A stretch of 64,000 bases of DNA from Dudresnaya verticillata (Eukaryota), in NCBI GenBank assembly GCA_977862235.1, contig OZ374557.1, positions 1,054,001 through 1,118,000 of the forward strand. The letters are read 5' to 3'. Numbering within the stretch: position 1 is the stretch's first letter; each line of letters starts with the position of its first letter. The notes below the pieces were generated by a model, which was not told where the DNA came from, ran no database searches, and worked only from the letters and a program-made list of their open reading frames with translations. Made by a program: the position numbers and the translations under genes. This document shows, one piece after another, positions 50,001-62,102 of this stretch.

Positions 50001-50170
50001 CTCCCCTCGAACTAGGACTCAAAGAAGTATCTAGAAGATAGCCTAACATAGACCCATGAGAGCGCGGAACTTCTCAAACAGAATGCGCAGAAGGGGTTTG
50101 GTCAGGATGTCGGCAACTTGGTCTGATGTTGAACAATACGAGCGAGCAACCGACTTGCAGGAGACAACAT
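50001..50170 (-). pseudogene. pol: RNaseH C-terminus and PPT of an upstream family B copy sharing the B2 LTR
   Basis: SDQVADILTKPLLRILFEKFRALMGLC then stop, then GAGGGGAG abutting the LTR. Homologous to 19066-19260. Confidence 0.9.
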
Positions 50171-50179
50171 CACGCATCA

Positions 50180-52033
50180 CTTTGAGGATGAAGAGGATGC
50201 GATTGAAGTTGACACACCCTCTTCAGCTCTACTATCTCCGTCAGAACCCAGCTCATTCTAATCTGATAACACAACTGAGGAAGAAAACGACTCTGACAAT
50301 CGTCCGGCCGGTGTGAGGTCAGATCAAACCCCAGCAATAGAGTCGATATCCTCGTCACCAACGTCGTCAGACGTCTAAATAGTTCTTCGCAAGCTCTTCC
50401 GAAGCTCAAAAACAGATTGTCATCATAACGGACGATGAGCCCCCTTTCCCAGAGGCCATTTCTCCCACTCCGGAGGAGCGTGATTTGAGGTATTCTGCTG
50501 TCGATGATGCGTTCGCGTCCTTGGAAATCAAAGGAACGTAGGCCCGTGATGATAGTACTAGTTCACAGCCGCTTCCAACGCATGCCGTGCTGAACGTTAA
50601 ACGTAAGTCTGATGGGACCGCCGTGCACTTCAGAGCGCGGGTCGTCGCTGGTGGAAAGGTCCGGACGTATGGTGAAGACTACATGGAAACGTATGCCCCA
50701 GTTGTGTCATTCTCGCGCGCATGTTCCTATACTTGGAACTGTGTTTGAACCTTTTTGTCGTGCAGATGGACGTGAAGACGGCTTTCCTGAATGGGCATCT
50801 GGCAGACAAAGTGTGAGTATTGTCACCACGTTGGATTCCTGGAATGGAATGTCTCTGTTACAGACTCCTGAAAGCTACGTATAGCTCAAAACAGGCTCAC
50901 CCAGCTTGGCAAACCAAGCTGTTTAGTGACCTTGTTAGAATGATAGGTTAGGAATTGCCAAGTGAGCCTCGTATGTTTTGTCGCAAATCCAAGTCTTCCC
51001 GATATGCATACATCTTGGTTTAAGTGGATACGTGCTCCTTATAGCACCCACAAAGGTGGAGAGACGCCATTGTGAAGGAACTGCAGGGGCTTTACGATCT
51101 ACGGCTGTCTGAAGGGGTTGACCTCTTCCTCGGAATAGAGTTTGGATGGGAGCTAGACTCTGATGGAAGATTTGTATCCCTCAAGATGTCTCCACAGGCG
51201 TACACTGAAAGTATTGTTCGCGGCTTTGGACTGCAGAACTCGAAGTCGGCGTGCACACCAATGGTTAAGTCGCTCTTTTCTGGACTTGAATCCGAAAAAG
51301 ACAAGGCCGGTATGTTGGTTGAGAGGTACCAGTAGATGATCGGACCTCTTCTGTATTTGGGACCTCGCACAGGGCTGGACGCCCTGGCGTCCATGCTCAT
51401 CCTCGCACGGTTTCCGAAGGCTCCAACTGCGTACTATCATCAGGGTGCAAAGCGGGTGCTGCGATATATCCGAGGTACTTCCAAGCTTATGTGGACGCTG
51501 ACTATGCCGGGAACACCACAGACCGAAAGTATATGTCTGGTTACACGGTGAAACTGGGAGATGCAGTGTGTATTTGAGGATCCAAGAAGCATTCAACTGT
51601 TGCTCTCTCAACCTGCGACTCGGAGTACTATGCAATGCCTCTGGCTGCAAAAGAGACTGTTTGGGTCACGCGAGTGTTGAAGGAGACCGACTTGGACGTC
51701 GAAGGCCCGGTTACATTCAGATCAGACAATCAGTCTGCCATCAATTGGGGTACTGCAGAACGCTGTCCATCTGGTCGTGCCAAGCACATCTACGTTCGCG
51801 TACACTTCATTCGCGAACTTGTCGCCGGCTCTGTTCTGGAATTATTGTATGTGCCGTCACGAGACAACGACGCGGAACTGATGACAAAGCCACTCGGGCC
51901 GTCCGTGCTCAATAGAATTCTACCAAGGGTTAGAATTGGAGGAGGCATCGAGGAGGAGTGTTGAGGACATGGTTGCTGGCGCCTCACGTCATGGGTCAGG
52001 CACCCCAGATGGCACCCTGACACGCTGTCACCA
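50180..52033 (+). mobile_element. pol: Copia A6: RT-RNaseH relic, PPT and 75-bp 3' LTR (51959-52033)
   Basis: FRARVVAGG, QMDVKTAFLNG, DNQSAI, RAKHI.VRVHFIRE, AELMTKPL. GAGGAGGAG then TGTTGAGGAC...GTCACCA. Confidence 0.92.
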
Positions 52034-52846
52034 AACCTTCCGGAGACGACAGCCCTTTTTCCGGGCTTTCCCAAATCACGGCGCATTTAGGCCTTTTGCA
52101 ATAGCAACTTGAAACGGGCTTCTGATTGGTTGCTACCTACCGCCTCTATGGTCGGTCTATATGGCTTACAAGTGTTGTGCTGGAATTGCCGGTTATTACA
52201 TGAACGGCCAAGTGGAACGATCCGATTGGATCACATGGATACAGTGTATGTGTCACGTGGTATCGCATGGAATGGTATTGGTATGATGCGTGCAGTAATT
52301 CCACAGTACATATAAGGGTGCCACGCAATATACTGATGGAGTCTTTGTAACCGTCTTAACAGGATCATTGTTGCTGACATCAGCAGATGCAGTCGTCGTG
52401 CGGCCGACTCGTTGGTTATTTACAGTTACCACGTAGCCAAATCTGGGTGATAATGGCCGATGATCAAAGTTGGATATTCATGGACGGAGTTCAGCTTGTG
52501 AGTGCGGCCACGCGGTGTGTAGTGCTGTCCAACAGCGTACAGTACTATCGGAAAGCAGCCATGCGGGAACACGCAAGACATTAAAGTTCCCGCCCAAAGT
52601 TGGAGTAGTGCTGGACTGAACATGGACGCACTGAAATGCGATCACAAGAGGGCTTGCTCATGTCAGCAGTTAGAAAGACTGATTTACAAGTTCCCGTTCA
52701 TTTTGGTGGCGGATGTGAGTGCGCTGGGACTATGATTTGGGAGATTTGATTGTTTTACGTTTCCTGCCCATTTGATGAGAGGGACTTTGGGCGTTCCTTT
52801 GACGATTTGTTTTGCTTGTGGTCACGCAGCGACTCATTCGAGAAGA
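52034..52846. repeat. Unassigned segment grading into repeat family E
   Basis: 52520-52846 matches the reverse complement of ~43765-44060. 52034-52520 has no match elsewhere in the window. Confidence 0.55.
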
Positions 52847-53572
52847 AGTTCCAGTTTCATCTTAATCTTTTGTCCAGGTGATTCCGTCCTCGCCTGAGAG
52901 TTTAATTACTCCGAAGGTGGGAGCTACTTGAAAACGTTGCTCCGCGCCTGACTGTTTCTTCTTCATCGAAGGGAATCACTTTGTCCTCACATCCCCTTCG
53001 GGTGTGTTGCACTACTCGGATTCACCTGCGATATCTCTGTGGACAATAAAATTATTTCCTGAACAAATATTGTCCCAACCTTTCCTTTCTTCAAAAAGTT
53101 ACAAAGTCGCCTCCACTACCGGTTCAATTAGCCATGGTTGATACCGAGCCCGAGTTGGATACTTCGAGAGGGTCAAAAATACCCGTTTCCACGGCAATAG
53201 AAGTGACAGCTACGGAATCTGACGCCATCGTCTTAGTGCTGCATGCCGAATCAAGGGTTTTAGGGATGTTGTCCACACCCTCTCTGATGAATCCAATCCC
53301 TCAGAGTCTACTGGAAGTTCGTTGGCAGACACAGCCATTATTGAATCTAGGCTGCTGGCCGAGTGTAAGAAGGACTGTGGAATCATTATTTCAGCCCCTG
53401 TGGAATCATTATTTCAGCCCGTGGTGATGTTCCGACTCGCGCTGTTATGGAGGTCCATGATGACCCCAGGCGCATGTTGGAGTTACTGGACTCCCGCAAT
53501 ACCTCCAATCAAACAGACTCGCGTATTGCAGTGCAGACCGAGCTGTTCCGTCTGAAATTTACTGGTTGGAAT

Positions 53573-56500
53573 TGTGGTACAACGGCAAGCGGGCCACTGA
53601 AATGGACGCAGTCGAGCGGGCCAAGTGGGGCGATTGGCCCAACCAAACGAAGACACTTGGCCAAAAGGGGCCACAACATCGGCGAGCGGTGAACGCGCAC
53701 ATGTATAACACGTGTCTACCGAGCATACACGTGTGTCACACGTGGGCAGCTACAATACCGCAGTCCACCACGTGTCACGTTGTACACGTATGATCTCATT
53801 CAAGGGGCCGGACACAAAGGGAAATTAGATTTGGCCGCAAATGAAATCAGGAAGACAGTGGCAAAATCAAGGGCACATCTAACTCATATGGCCAATGACT
53901 AAGGGACAAGTACTTGATTTAGTCTGGTAGTGGCATGATATTGGCTCGACACCGGAACAAAAGTAGATATTATGGCCAACGGGGAGTAAACTCGGAGGCT
54001 AACTGTAGAGTAGCTCTAGAATAGCTCAGATGGCCGATTTTGGGCCGATTTAGATGGCCACACACTACTGCCCGGCCAGGATAGGGGCCAAGCCGCCCGA
54101 TCAGAGGTTGGGACTAACATTTTTCAATCTTCCCCAACCTGTAACTTCTACTGTTCTCATCTAGTTGGTGGCCACGACTTCGTCTACGCGCACCCGCTCT
54201 ATCACGCTTGCTATCGGCGCGTAGATCCATTATACGTTCGGCCAGTCCTTCAGAAATCCGATCGGTCTTCCTGGTCCTTTGGGGTCTCCTTTTTGGCGCC
54301 GCACTCGGTGGTGCTTTTCGAGATACTGCACTGGTCTCCCTATTCGTATACCTAGAAGACGAGCTGTGATCTTGGCCGTATTTCTCCGTTAGAAGACTCA
54401 TGTAGCTGACCGTAGTCGACGACGGCCAGTGTGAATTCCTGGATCTAGCGACGCGGTGGGCAACGCGGTTTTCTTGACTATGCTAGTCCCGACGGCTGTC
54501 GGAAGGTTGTAGGAGCTGGCCTGAATGTGGATCAATAGTCTCCAACTCAAACGGAAGGTGCTCCGGAAAGTTCAGGTTGAGATCTCAGAAGTTCAGATCT
54601 CGGAAGTAGAGGTCTGAGTTATTGCAGCTTGGCTCGAATGCAGGCCAGAAGCTCGTAGCACGTTGGTAGCAGGTCCAGTGCGGTCAGCGAAAGGATAATG
54701 AACATGGAGACGGAGGTCGGAGCAGTGAGAGGGTGCTACCTCTCTGCTCGGTCGGGTCGCCGAGAGAGGGCTGCCTTTATTGTGGACGCAGTTCGCGTCC
54801 TGTTACAAAAGGCAAGGAATCTGAGCTCTCGCGCAGCAAGAGGCACAGTGAGAACGACTTGCCGTGTGCTACGTAGGCAGATCGCCAGACCAGCCGCCGG
54901 GTTGTGTTGCGTCGTGGAGATACGCTGGTGATCTCATTCTGATTGCACACCAAACGCAGCCTGTGGTCCAGAAGATTATTACCCGTGCTGGAAATATCCA
55001 GGTCACCTGATATTTTTGCAACGCCAGAAAAGTGGCTAAACGTGACACCCGGGCGCAGACCGGGCATTTCTAGGTCGCTCAATGGCGCAGCCATTGTCCG
55101 CGCAGCGGAACTCGGGTCAGGAGCTCAACGACGCAGCCGTTGCCGCGCAGCGGGTCCTGACCTGAATAACACGTCGTAAATGGTAAGGATCGATTAAGGA
55201 GCTCAACGGCGCAGCCGTTGCCGCGCTGCGGGTCCTAACCTGAATGGAACATTGTAAATGATGCTCAGGTGTAACACCAGTACCTTCCTCGTTGCTGTGG
55301 TGGCCAAACCCAGAAAGTTGCAGATTGTGGGTTAGTAGCTACCTGGTTTCGCAATCTGATAGTCAGTATACTTCAACCGGATTTTGTGGCCACAGTCTAG
55401 GTCACAAGCCAGACAACCATCGCTTGCTTCCTTCCAAGGTCGGAAGCGTTACACACTCGCTGGTTCGTTCCCAGCACAGGGAGCTTTTCACACGTCCGTG
55501 TCCGGCCCTTGGTATGGAGAGTAGTAACTCGGAATCGTCCGTTCCCACCCCTATGTGTTGCACACGACAGTGTGGTTCCCAGGCAGGCCACTTTGCACAT
55601 GTCGGCTACGGGATGTCTCGAAGTTGACACAAGTGGTGCCACTGGCAAAGATCACGGCCAATAATGTGGCAACGGCGATCTGCTCTCACTGGATGTTCAA
55701 GTACGGTGCGCCAAAGACGGTCCTGATCGATAATGGAGGCCAGTTTTCGGCCAAGTTCTTCCAAGCGGTTTTCTGAGAAGTGCAGGTGGCCAACATCTTC
55801 AAAAAAACGTATCACCCTCAGACGAGTGGCCAAGTGAAAGGAGATAATCGATATTCTATGCCGCGATGCTGAGGTGTTGCGTGAATGAACAAGAGGATGA
55901 CTGGGACCAGTAGCAGCGGCGTTGACGTATGCATATAACTGCCATGTACACCTCTTTACTGGAACCAAGCGTTTCGATCTGGTTCTCAGCCGAACACCGG
56001 GACCATTCTCGCTTCAAGATACATTAAACTGGCCAAAACGCGACTGAAGCAGTAAAGGAAGCGTTTCTGCGCCGATTATCAGAGGCCATGGATAGGGTGT
56101 CGGGCAATTTTAACGCGCCACAGGCCGGCTACAAGAAGGACTTTGACCACTCGGTGTGGACGGGAAATACGATGCTAGCCGCTGGGGATTTCCATTTTTA
56201 GACAATCCAGAAAAGCAGCCAAAGAAGCTGGAAAACCATTCCCAGGGGCCATACAATATCATACGCAATGATGGCCGTACTTTCGTCATTGACAGGGCTG
56301 CCTAACTGGAGCGTGTTACTTCCGACAGAGTGATAGCAGCACCGAAACCACCAGGGCAAACGGTGGCTACGGAAACTGTGGCCAGCGCCGCTTTGAGAAA
56401 ACCCCATGAAAGAGTAGCTGCGACGGCCGAAGAATCTGTTATCGGCAAACTCACGGATATGCGTGAGGATTCTACTGGCCAAGGGTGCTTTCAGGTCAAG

Positions 56501-59500
56501 TGGTATGGATAGAATGGCCGAGCATGAGAACCTGGGACTCTTTTGCCGGCCACTTTGAGCTCTCGATTCTTTGCGCGTATGAAGCGCCGAGTTACACCAG
56601 GACAAAATAGTTCGTGAGGGTAACTTCAACATGGCCACAGAATTCAAGCGAGCGTAGTCGGGGTCTGGCCAAAACTTGTGGAATTGTGAGAGTTGGGCAC
56701 CCGGATGGCGAAGGAGGGAGATGCTGGGTGACAAATACTCTCAGCTGGAACCTCTTCGCCAAAAACACGACAGCGTGCGTGTAGGGATACTCCGGGAGAT
56801 ATAATCGGGCAAATCAAAGGACGAGGCGACCGAGGTCATCGAATCTCCTGGCGTGCATCAAATTCCGTGGTTGTAAATGGGTGGTAGAAACTACCTCCTC
56901 CTTTTTCTGCCCTTGTACAAGTAACTCCAATTTCCTCACCTCGTGCTCCGAGAAGTCCCTATGCAAGCCCTGAAGAAATGATAAGGCAGGAGGGGCGAGG
57001 AGGACGCCTCTGCTATCGACAAGAAGAAACATGGCCAAAACGCCCAAGGACGCATACCGGCCAAATCAAATACCGGAGAAGTAAGACCTGGGAAAGAAGA
57101 GAAATGGACAGACTGAATGTCGTGACCACTGTACCCTGAGCAACTGGGGAGGATAAGGCAGACGTTGGACGATCTCTCTTTAGTCCTTGGTGAAATGAAT
57201 GCATCTACAATGGCCCTACCCAAGGCAGTGGGTCAGTAGCACTATCACTAGCCAGTATGTTTAGGACACCACCGTATACCCCAGTCCATCCCTTCTACTT
57301 CGGCGCCTTCATCCACGGCTAAGACCCACTCTCGATTTTCCGCTTACGACGGTAGTATTTTTCTCTTGCCCCTCCACTAACAATTCAGTGACATTGGCCA
57401 GAAGCGACAATGGCCCAAATAGATGCTAGCCGTATAACTACGCCTGATCACCAACATCATCAACTGACCAAGATAACACGCACACCCATTTTTGAACCAT
57501 TGCACTTTAACTCAAGATTGGCCAAACAAGCTAATTAGCCCCTAAAGACAAGGGGCTGTTCAACCTTGAAACACACTAACCAGGCGTGTGACATATATGT
57601 ATACACGCCACCACGATGGCCACTAACGTTTGACAACACAAACGCAAGACAAAAGATATCACAAGAAAAACAGTAACTCATCGGCCATAAGAAGGTACTT
57701 TGGTCAAGTACTAACCAGGCACGTCAGCTTGATAAGGTTAATGGCCATATGGACTTGGCGAGCGAGGAGACCCCGAAGCATAGGGCTCCCTACCCCTGGC
57801 AACCGGCACCAGGTCCCGTGGTGCCGTTTCAAGAACCGTTGGCGGAGTCACGAATGGAGAAGTGATCTGCAGAGCCAAACCACCGGGAATATGGCCAGCT
57901 TGAGGAACATTGGCCACAGGAGTAGGCGGCGCCGACACAATAGGCCGAGGTTCCTCGGGCTGATAATCGGCCGGACGAGATGGCGCACGCGGATGGCCAG
58001 AGACACCGTCGACGTGAGAAGGAGTAGGAGTCGTTTCTGGTGCAACCGACATTCCAAGACTGCGGCATGTTTGAAGCTGGCGCAGGCGATGGTAGAGTAG
58101 ATAGAGGAAATTGGGGTATCTGACGAAAAGCAGGAGGAGTATAAGCACGAAGAGAGGCCAGGTGATGAAAGCTGCGCTGACGCTCTAAGTAGAGCAAAGG
58201 CTGCTGACTATGTGCTTCGTCGCACCAGCGGTCGCGTTGTTTCTTCCAATCAAGACGCTGCTCATTGAATCCGGCCAGTGTCTCCTTCACGGTCTGCATC
58301 TCGGCTTCAACGTACTTCTTCTGACTTCTAACATTGGCCAACTGTTCTTCACCCCGTTTAATTACTCCTTCAGCCTCATCGATGTAAAGACGACGGCGGT
58401 TGAATGCCTCGGTCCGGCCATGGTTCGCAGCACTAAGATGGCCAATAATCGGATTCAATTGACGCAAAATGTTGGCCAGAGATATTTGATTCACGTGGTC
58501 ACGCACCGAGAGCTCGGCCACTATATACTGATGAGGATGTAACATATTTCCCCGCGATGGAGACATCATTGGCCACTTCGATACCGAAAGTGCTGCCATG
58601 CCGAAACGTTACTTTCTTATTCCAGTGGAAGCCACAGTACTTCTCATCATGGCCAGCTCGATTTTGAAACAAGTAGTTCCGGTGTAACACTGTGTCGAAC
58701 ACCTTCTCATACAAGGCCCCAACATCTGGGCAATATAAATGGTTTCAATGATGCTGATGATGCTGGTCAACGGGAAGGAAAATGAGATCTTTCACCGCTT
58801 CAATCCGTCGATCAATCGCCTTAGTTGAAAACCACCGCATTCGCTTCGATGCTTGCGCCTCGTAACTAAAGAATATGCTGGCCAGCACATGCCTTTCTAC
58901 GACGGCAGTCTCCTGAAAGCGTCCAATCCAGGTGTTGTCGAGGGTGTGACGACGATATTGACCAACAAAATAATACGCGAAGGGGCTCAGAAGGCCTGCC
59001 TTGCCCCTTGATGGCCACGCCTTCCAAAGAAACGCGGAAACAATAGGGAACCATTCGACTGGAGGCCAAAAACCTTCCTGGCCACGAGTACTTCCTTGTT
59101 AGACATGAATGCCTCCCGTGAGATGGGCCAGCCAATCGCGAGGAGGTATTAAGCGACGAAGATTTGCACTGGCCATTTTCGTGTTCCGCACTGCTGATTG
59201 TTCCCAGCGGTCAACCATCCAGGACTGAGGGAAGGCGTAAAACCGTGTGGATTTGTAGAGCATTGTGTGGCCAGTGAACATCAACCAAGCTCCATGGACG
59301 AACATTACGTCTCTGGAACACAGCAGGAAAGCTAGGTCGAACTTGATCTCGGAAGGAATCCAATAGGGGTGGCCATCACTGTATGCGTCGCGGTATGGAT
59401 GCCACGCCTCACTTAGCGGACAGTGGCTTTCGCGAACTCGGATAATATCCAACTTGTTACTTGCGGTCACCAACTCGGTAACTCGGTGTAGGGAATATCC

Positions 59501-62102
59501 ACTCAAGGCAACTCTGGCCAGATAGAAGTACCTGGAAAACGTTCATTCAAGACCAACGCGGGCCATCTTGATCTTCTAGGCCCGGCGTAATGTCGGTGCG
59601 AAAGGGTAGGGCAGTGCGGGCTTGAAAAGAGGGCTCACGATCCTGGCGAACCGAAGAACAAGGGCCAACACTCGATCTCGGACGCTCCTGGTCACACTTG
59701 GGGATGTCCAACGTTTCTTCATAAACTCCTTGAAGCGGGGATCTTCGCTACGGCCAGGTTGTTTGGGCGGTGCAACTACAGCTGTCACAGAAGGTGACTA
59801 GCCAGTGTTTAGTTCGTCTTTGTCAGGGAAAATGCCACAAAACGGCGACGGTCGCCCCCGGCCATGAGCTTGGCCGGCGAAACAGGCTTGGAAGCAGCGA
59901 CATTAATAAATTATGATGCTGTTGCACGCGACTGGCCAGTTTCCTTATCCGACAGCCGCTGCTTCTTGGCAGGCGGGATCTGAGATGCCGGCCAAGTTGT
60001 CGTGCACGGCTCGACGCTATGGATATGAAGGGCGATAGAACCGAGGGAGGTCGCGCCGTATATTTCCTTGACGCACTTGGTGTTGCTGAACGGGAGGGCT
60101 GCCGAGGCACAGGGATACCGGTCAGCGAAGAAGAAGTGGCTTTCCCCTGAGTACTCGCAAGCTGCTTTATTTAGCCGGAATCGCTCTCTTCCACATCTTT
60201 GTGCACCCTCACGGGGCTGTAGTCTTTTCTATGCATAAAGGTCTCTATCTCTTAATCACCTCCAAATCTTCCCTGGCAGAACTGGTGCAGCGGCTGAATT
60301 CAGTGTCGCTGAACTCACCTTTATTTAATCTTTGGCATCCGGTGCTGTCGCCTGAGCTACAAGTGGTTGCCCAATGGCGGCCATGACCTTCTACCTAGTA
60401 CTGGCCCGCGGTGGGGGAGACGGGTTAATGGCCGATGGAACCGGAACGTTTATGACGGGTTGCCCTGCCCGTTTTAGCGGTGGCCCCGTTGACGTCTTGC
60501 CAGTGCTTGACATATCATATCCGATTAGCCCACCAGTCGGGTGATGGTCCATCTTATCCTTATCATCCTGGGTCTCAACGGCCGCTACACTCGCCGACGA
60601 AGAAGACGTAACAATCGTACCCATACGAGCCACCTTGGTCCTATGTTGATCGGCAATTTTCTTCTCAAGATTGGCCAGTTGCCTCTCCTCCGCCTCATAT
60701 CTCTTCTGACTGGCAGCGATCTCCTTCATTAGCTCTTCGGCAGCCGCTGCCGGTGTATCTTGGCTACACAACTCTTGGAAAGTTGAGGGAAGGGAAGCGC
60801 CGGAGGAATCTTCGCTGGATGGCCAGTAGCTGCCCAAATTGAGGCAGCCGCCTATTTCGCGGCCGATGGGACACTAGTCCTCTTGGGAGCAGTTTGGGGC
60901 GCCGAAACCGAGCTTGACTTCGGTAATTAGGCCACGCCCGGACGAGTAAGCTGGCCAGTCTTCCTTATGGCCGGCTCAGTCACCCTCATGACAGTCGCCT
61001 CCTACTCGCTTTCGAGAGGCGATGATGAGCTTGACGACGGTAGGGGCCGCGCGTTCTTCCTTTTGGCCGCCGCCGTGCGGCGTGCGCGCGCTTTCGCCGG
61101 GTCACCCTCTATGAACGAAGAAAGTGGCCAGAAGAGCACGAAAGCAGGTCCAGAAGAGCACGAAAGCAGGTTGAGAGTAACGTGCAAGGGGACCTGTGCG
61201 TGAAGGGGAAAGTGGTCAGCTTGGTCGCAGACGATGGTCGAGTAGGGAGAGGGTTAGCGACGAGAATCACGCGCGCTGATATGGGAAGATGAAACAATTG
61301 CGGCCAGGAGTCTGCGTTTGCAAAGGGGGCTCTGTGGTATAACGGGAACGGAGCCACTGATATGGATGCAGTCGACCGGGCCAAGTGGGACGATCGGCCC
61401 AACCAGACGAAGACACGTAGGCAAAGGGGCCACAACATCGGCGAGTGGACGACGGGGAGCGCGCATATGTATAAAACGTGTCTACCGAGCATACACGTGT
61501 GTCACACGTGGGTAGCTACGACACCGCAGCCCACCATGTGTCACGTTGTACACGTATGATCTGATTCAAGGGGCCGGACACAAAGGGAAATTGGATTGAG
61601 CCGCAAAATGGAATCAAGGGGAAGGCAGTGGAAACATCAAGGGAACTTCGAACTCATATGGCCAAATATTAACGCAGAAGTACTTGATTTAGTCTGTTAG
61701 TGGCATAATATTGGCCCGACGCCGGAACGCAAGTAGATATTATGGCCGACGGGGAGTAACCTTGGCCACTAGCTGTAGAATAGCTCCAGATTAGCTCAGA
61801 TGGCGGCTTTTGGGCCTATTTAGGCGGCCACAGACTACTGTTCGGCCAGGATACGGACGAAGCCGCCCAGCCAGAGGTTGGGGGTAAAGGTTTTGCAACC
61901 TTTCCCCGGCTTGGCCATTCTACTGTTCTCATCCAGTTTTTGACCAGGACTTCGTCTACGCACAACCGCTCTACCACTATTGTTACCGGCGACTAGACCC
62001 GTTCTCCGTTCGGCCAGTCCTTCAAAAATCCGATCGGTCTTCCTGGTCCTTTGGGGTCTCTTTTTTGGCGCCGCACTGAGAGGGGCTTTTCGAGATACTA
62101 CA
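53573..62102 (+). mobile_element. Duplicate of gypsy G1 (LTRs 53573-54330 and 61333-62102)
   Basis: Same TSD, same nested solo LTR and same flanks as 947-9476, so it was copied with the segment rather than transposed. Confidence 0.92.

Noticed and set aside
52200..52350. Possible SWIM/MULE remnant on minus (YCG...IPFHAI)
   Set aside because: Too few ligands and no transposase core nearby.
53573..62102. Recent retrotransposition of G1
   Set aside because: Flanks, TSD and inter-LTR differences are copied too, which indicates segmental duplication.
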